From Octopus bimaculoides (taxonomy: Eukaryota): 64,000 nucleotides of DNA. The stretch lies in contig NC_068999.1 of NCBI RefSeq assembly GCF_001194135.2, forward strand, positions 45,523,961 to 45,587,960, in the 5' to 3' direction. The position numbers and the translations under genes were made by a program. Positions 61,134 through 64,000 of the stretch are shown here, piece by piece; position 1 is the first letter of the stretch; each line of letters starts with the position of its first letter. Below the pieces are notes generated by a model. The model did no database searches and was not told where the DNA came from. It saw nothing but the letters and a program-made list of their open reading frames with translations.

Positions 61134-61759
61134 CCATACGCATATATATATAATGCATGTAATTTCGAAGTTGGTCTTATAAGATTCAAGTATAATTCCT
61201 CATCAGTTCAAACCACATGAATATTTCAAATATGGAATCACAGCCGCTGCCACCACCACCACCACCACCTCCACCACCACCGCTATCACCCTCGCCACCA
61301 TCACCATAACCACTACCACCTTGTTTTGCATCTTATTTTTTCTTTCATTGATAGTTCACTGTAATTTAAAGATCTATTATCACCACCACCGCCACCACCA
61401 CTACTATTGTTACTACTGCTGCTACTACTGCCTAAACTTTTACAATGTGTTGATTCTTGTTAAGTGGATTTCAGAATTCCATTGGCAACAGACAGATCTG
61501 GTGCAGAAGTATCCTATCTAATTAGTCTTGTATGGATTCATCACCACTGAGTTAGCGTAGGGAGGTAGGCTGATGTAGATGATGATGATGATGATGATGA
61601 TTATGATGGCGGCAGTGGAGATGGTAATGCTGGTGGTGGTGGTAGTGCTGGTGGTAGTTCGTGCTTGCTCGTTGTTCAGTGTGTGTGTGTGTGTGTGTGA
61701 GTGTGTTAAAGATCAAATAGAGCCGTTACCAAATAGATTCTGAGGTGTTCTGTTCTATG

Positions 61760-62135
61760 CCACCACTGCCAACACCACTGCCAACAGCATCACCACCGCC
61801 AAAACCATCACCACTGCCAACACCACTGCCAACAGCATCACCACCGCCAAAACCATCACCACTGCCAACACCACTGCCAACACCAACACCACTGCCAACA
61901 CCACTGCCAACAGCATCACCACCGCCAAAACCATCACCACTGCCAACACCACTGCCAACACCAACACCACTGCCAACACCAACACCACCACCACTGCCAA
62001 CACCATCACCACCGCCAACACCACTGCCAATACCATCGCCAGTGCCAACACCATTGCCAACACCATCACCACTACCACCACTGACACAACTACTACCACC
62101 AACGCTACTGCCACCACCACAACAACAGCAATAAT
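61760..62135. repeat. Cryptic (CCA)-based minisatellite with higher-order units
   Basis: ccactgccaacaccactgccaacagcatcaccaccgccaaaaccatca repeated; the Pro/Thr and Val/Leu ORFs are repeat translations. Confidence 0.85.
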
Positions 62136-62161
62136 CACTACTGCTACTATTCTTCTTCTTC

Positions 62162-62219
<58 letters not shown>

Positions 62220-62221
<2 letters not shown>

Positions 62222-62387
62222 TAGCGGTATTTCGTCTGTCCTTACATTCTGAGTTCGACTTTGATTTTCATCCTTTTGTGGGGAGTCAATAAAATTAGTA
62301 CCAGTTACACACTGGGGGCCAATGTAATCGACTTAATCCCTTCCCCCAAATTTCAGGCCCTTGCGCTTCCAGCAGAAAGAATTATCA

Positions 62388-62459
<72 letters not shown>

Positions 62460-62700
62460 AGGTGGTGAGTTGGCAGAATCGTTAGCACACTGGACAAAGT
62501 GCTTGGTGGCATTTCTTTGGACACTTAACTTGCTGAGTTCAAATCCTGCCAAGGCAACTTTGCCTTTCGTCCTTTCGACGTCAATAAAACAAAGTATCAG
62601 TTGAGCATGGGTGGGTAGGGGTAGGGGTGATGTAATCGATTAGCACCCCCCACCCCACCCCCACCCCTAAAACAGTGGCCTTGTACCAAAATTTGAAACC
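62220..62700 (+). mobile_element. Two family B SINEs in tandem, each flanked by (ATT)n
   Basis: 5'-truncated copy at 62220-62385 and full copy at 62458-62700 ending aaatttgaaaccattattatt. Confidence 0.85.
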
Positions 62701-62871
62701 ATTATTATTTCTGTTGCTTTCTTCTTATACCATTCCAACCAATCTTTTTGCCAATTTCCCATTAAATTCTTCACAAACCATTTATTCTTTAATCATTTAG
62801 TTTTTTTAATATTCTTTCCATTTCATTTATTCCCATTTCTCTTTACATGTGTGTGTATGTGCATGTGTGTT

Positions 62872-62908
<37 letters not shown>

Positions 62909-63069
62909 ATTTATGATTCATGTTATGTATGTATTTCTCTAAATTTATTTCCAGATGTTTTCCCTATCCCCTGTTTTTTTTTAAATTTTGTTTTTCTCAA
63001 GGACAATCCTACTTTAATATCCTAATCTAATTGCGATCACACGACTAACCAGACTATCCAATAGTGTTA

Positions 63070-63295
63070 CACCTCACTGGTTACAATGCGCTTTGCATTG
63101 TTTTAGTCTTGGAATGACACCATTCTTCTGGCCAGGCAAGAAGGCCAACATTCTCCTCCTGGTCAAAAGTGGGACCACAGCAACATAAAATGAAGTGCTT
63201 TGCTCAAGAACACAACATGCTGTCTGGTCTACGAATTGATCCCATGATCTAGCAATCATGTGTGCAACAGCCTAACCACTCAGCCACGTGCTTAT
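63070..63295 (-). mobile_element. CORE-like SINE (family C2-related head)
   Basis: Minus strand: gcacgtggctgagtggttagg...gggatcaattc...gtgttcttgagcaaagcacttcatttta. Confidence 0.7.
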
Positions 63296-63352
63296 GATCT
63301 CATTGTACATCTCCAAAAACCCTTCCCAGTTAACTGTTCGAAATTCAATTAC

Positions 63353-63363
63353 CTCACACACAA
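63353..63363 (-). CDS. Weak candidate 11-nt microexon (V)VCE
   Basis: tattatgacag|TTGTGTGTGAG|gtaatt; strong donor, poor pyrimidine tract. Confidence 0.25.
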
Positions 63364-63472
63364 CTGTCATAATATCTGATCACATTATACCCATGTACTA
63401 CATCAGTTACGACATATATTAAGCCGCCAAGAAATATATTAGAATATAAGACTGAATTATTCTCTATCCTAC

Positions 63473-63493
63473 CGAACATTTTCCTAAAATTTT
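63473..63493 (-). CDS. Weak candidate 21-nt microexon
   Basis: ggttttgcag|AAAATTTTAGGAAAATGTTCG|gtagga; short pyrimidine tract. Confidence 0.2.
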
Positions 63494-63965
63494 CTGCAAA
63501 ACCTTTCCTAAAAATATTGAAACGTGGCTTCCAATAGATTTAGAAATAATTGCTTTTTGTAGGTTTCCCCACTACCATTTAACAGTCATAATGGATTATT
63601 GGACAATTTACCATTTAATAGGAAAGAAGGAACTCTTCCACTTCATTATCATCATCATCATTATTATTAGTATTATTATTATTGTTATTCATTTCTTGGT
63701 GTCTGATCGAATATGAATGCATGCTTTTTTGTGAACGTGCACTCATTCACACTTACAGGCACATACACTAAATACACACATACATGCATATGTGTGCATG
63801 TGTGTGTACGTGTGTGTATGTGTGTGTGTGTGTGTGTGTGTCTGTGTGTGTATGCACATATTTTTCACATATATAAATTACACACACGTATGAAATATGT
63901 TCTACATGTATCTCACATTTTAAACACATATAGATACATACATACATACATACATATAAATATAG

Positions 63966-64000
<35 letters not shown>

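Noticed and set aside
253-62524. The many long ORFs in the track ([21 protein letters not shown]-runs)
   Set aside because: They are translations of microsatellites and N-gaps, with no coding signal

Overview
Gappy eukaryotic genomic DNA. It is AT-rich, with many N-gaps and dense (TA)n, (CA)n, (ATT)n, (GAT)n and (TATG)n microsatellites. It is saturated with several tRNA-derived SINE families, non-LTR retrotransposon relics (RTE, R4/Dong-like, Penelope-like) and Tc1/mariner and hAT relics. This repeat landscape is what I associate with a coleoid cephalopod, probably Octopus (inference). There are no prokaryotic genes, rRNA, bona fide tRNA or CRISPR arrays, and nearly all ORFs in the supplied track are microsatellite or N-gap artefacts. 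The window looks like the inside of a large gene. The unique-sequence islands contain a series of very short minus-strand segments (4-65 nt) bounded by canonical splice signals. Nine consecutive ones (28234 down to 9101) splice into a stop-free 65-codon frame, and 60702-60691, 60198-60155 and 58990-58926 do the same. This suggests an unidentified gene built from dispersed microexons; it is a hypothesis that needs RNA-seq, and I cannot name the protein. Other notable items are a near-perfect ~170-nt hairpin (29508-29677), a minimal hammerhead-ribozyme motif in a Penelope-like end (18776-18821), an RTE LINE with a twin-priming-type 5' inversion later hit by a SINE (46091-47020), SINEs sharing heads but swapping tails, and a SINE family that forms chains in (ATT)n arrays.
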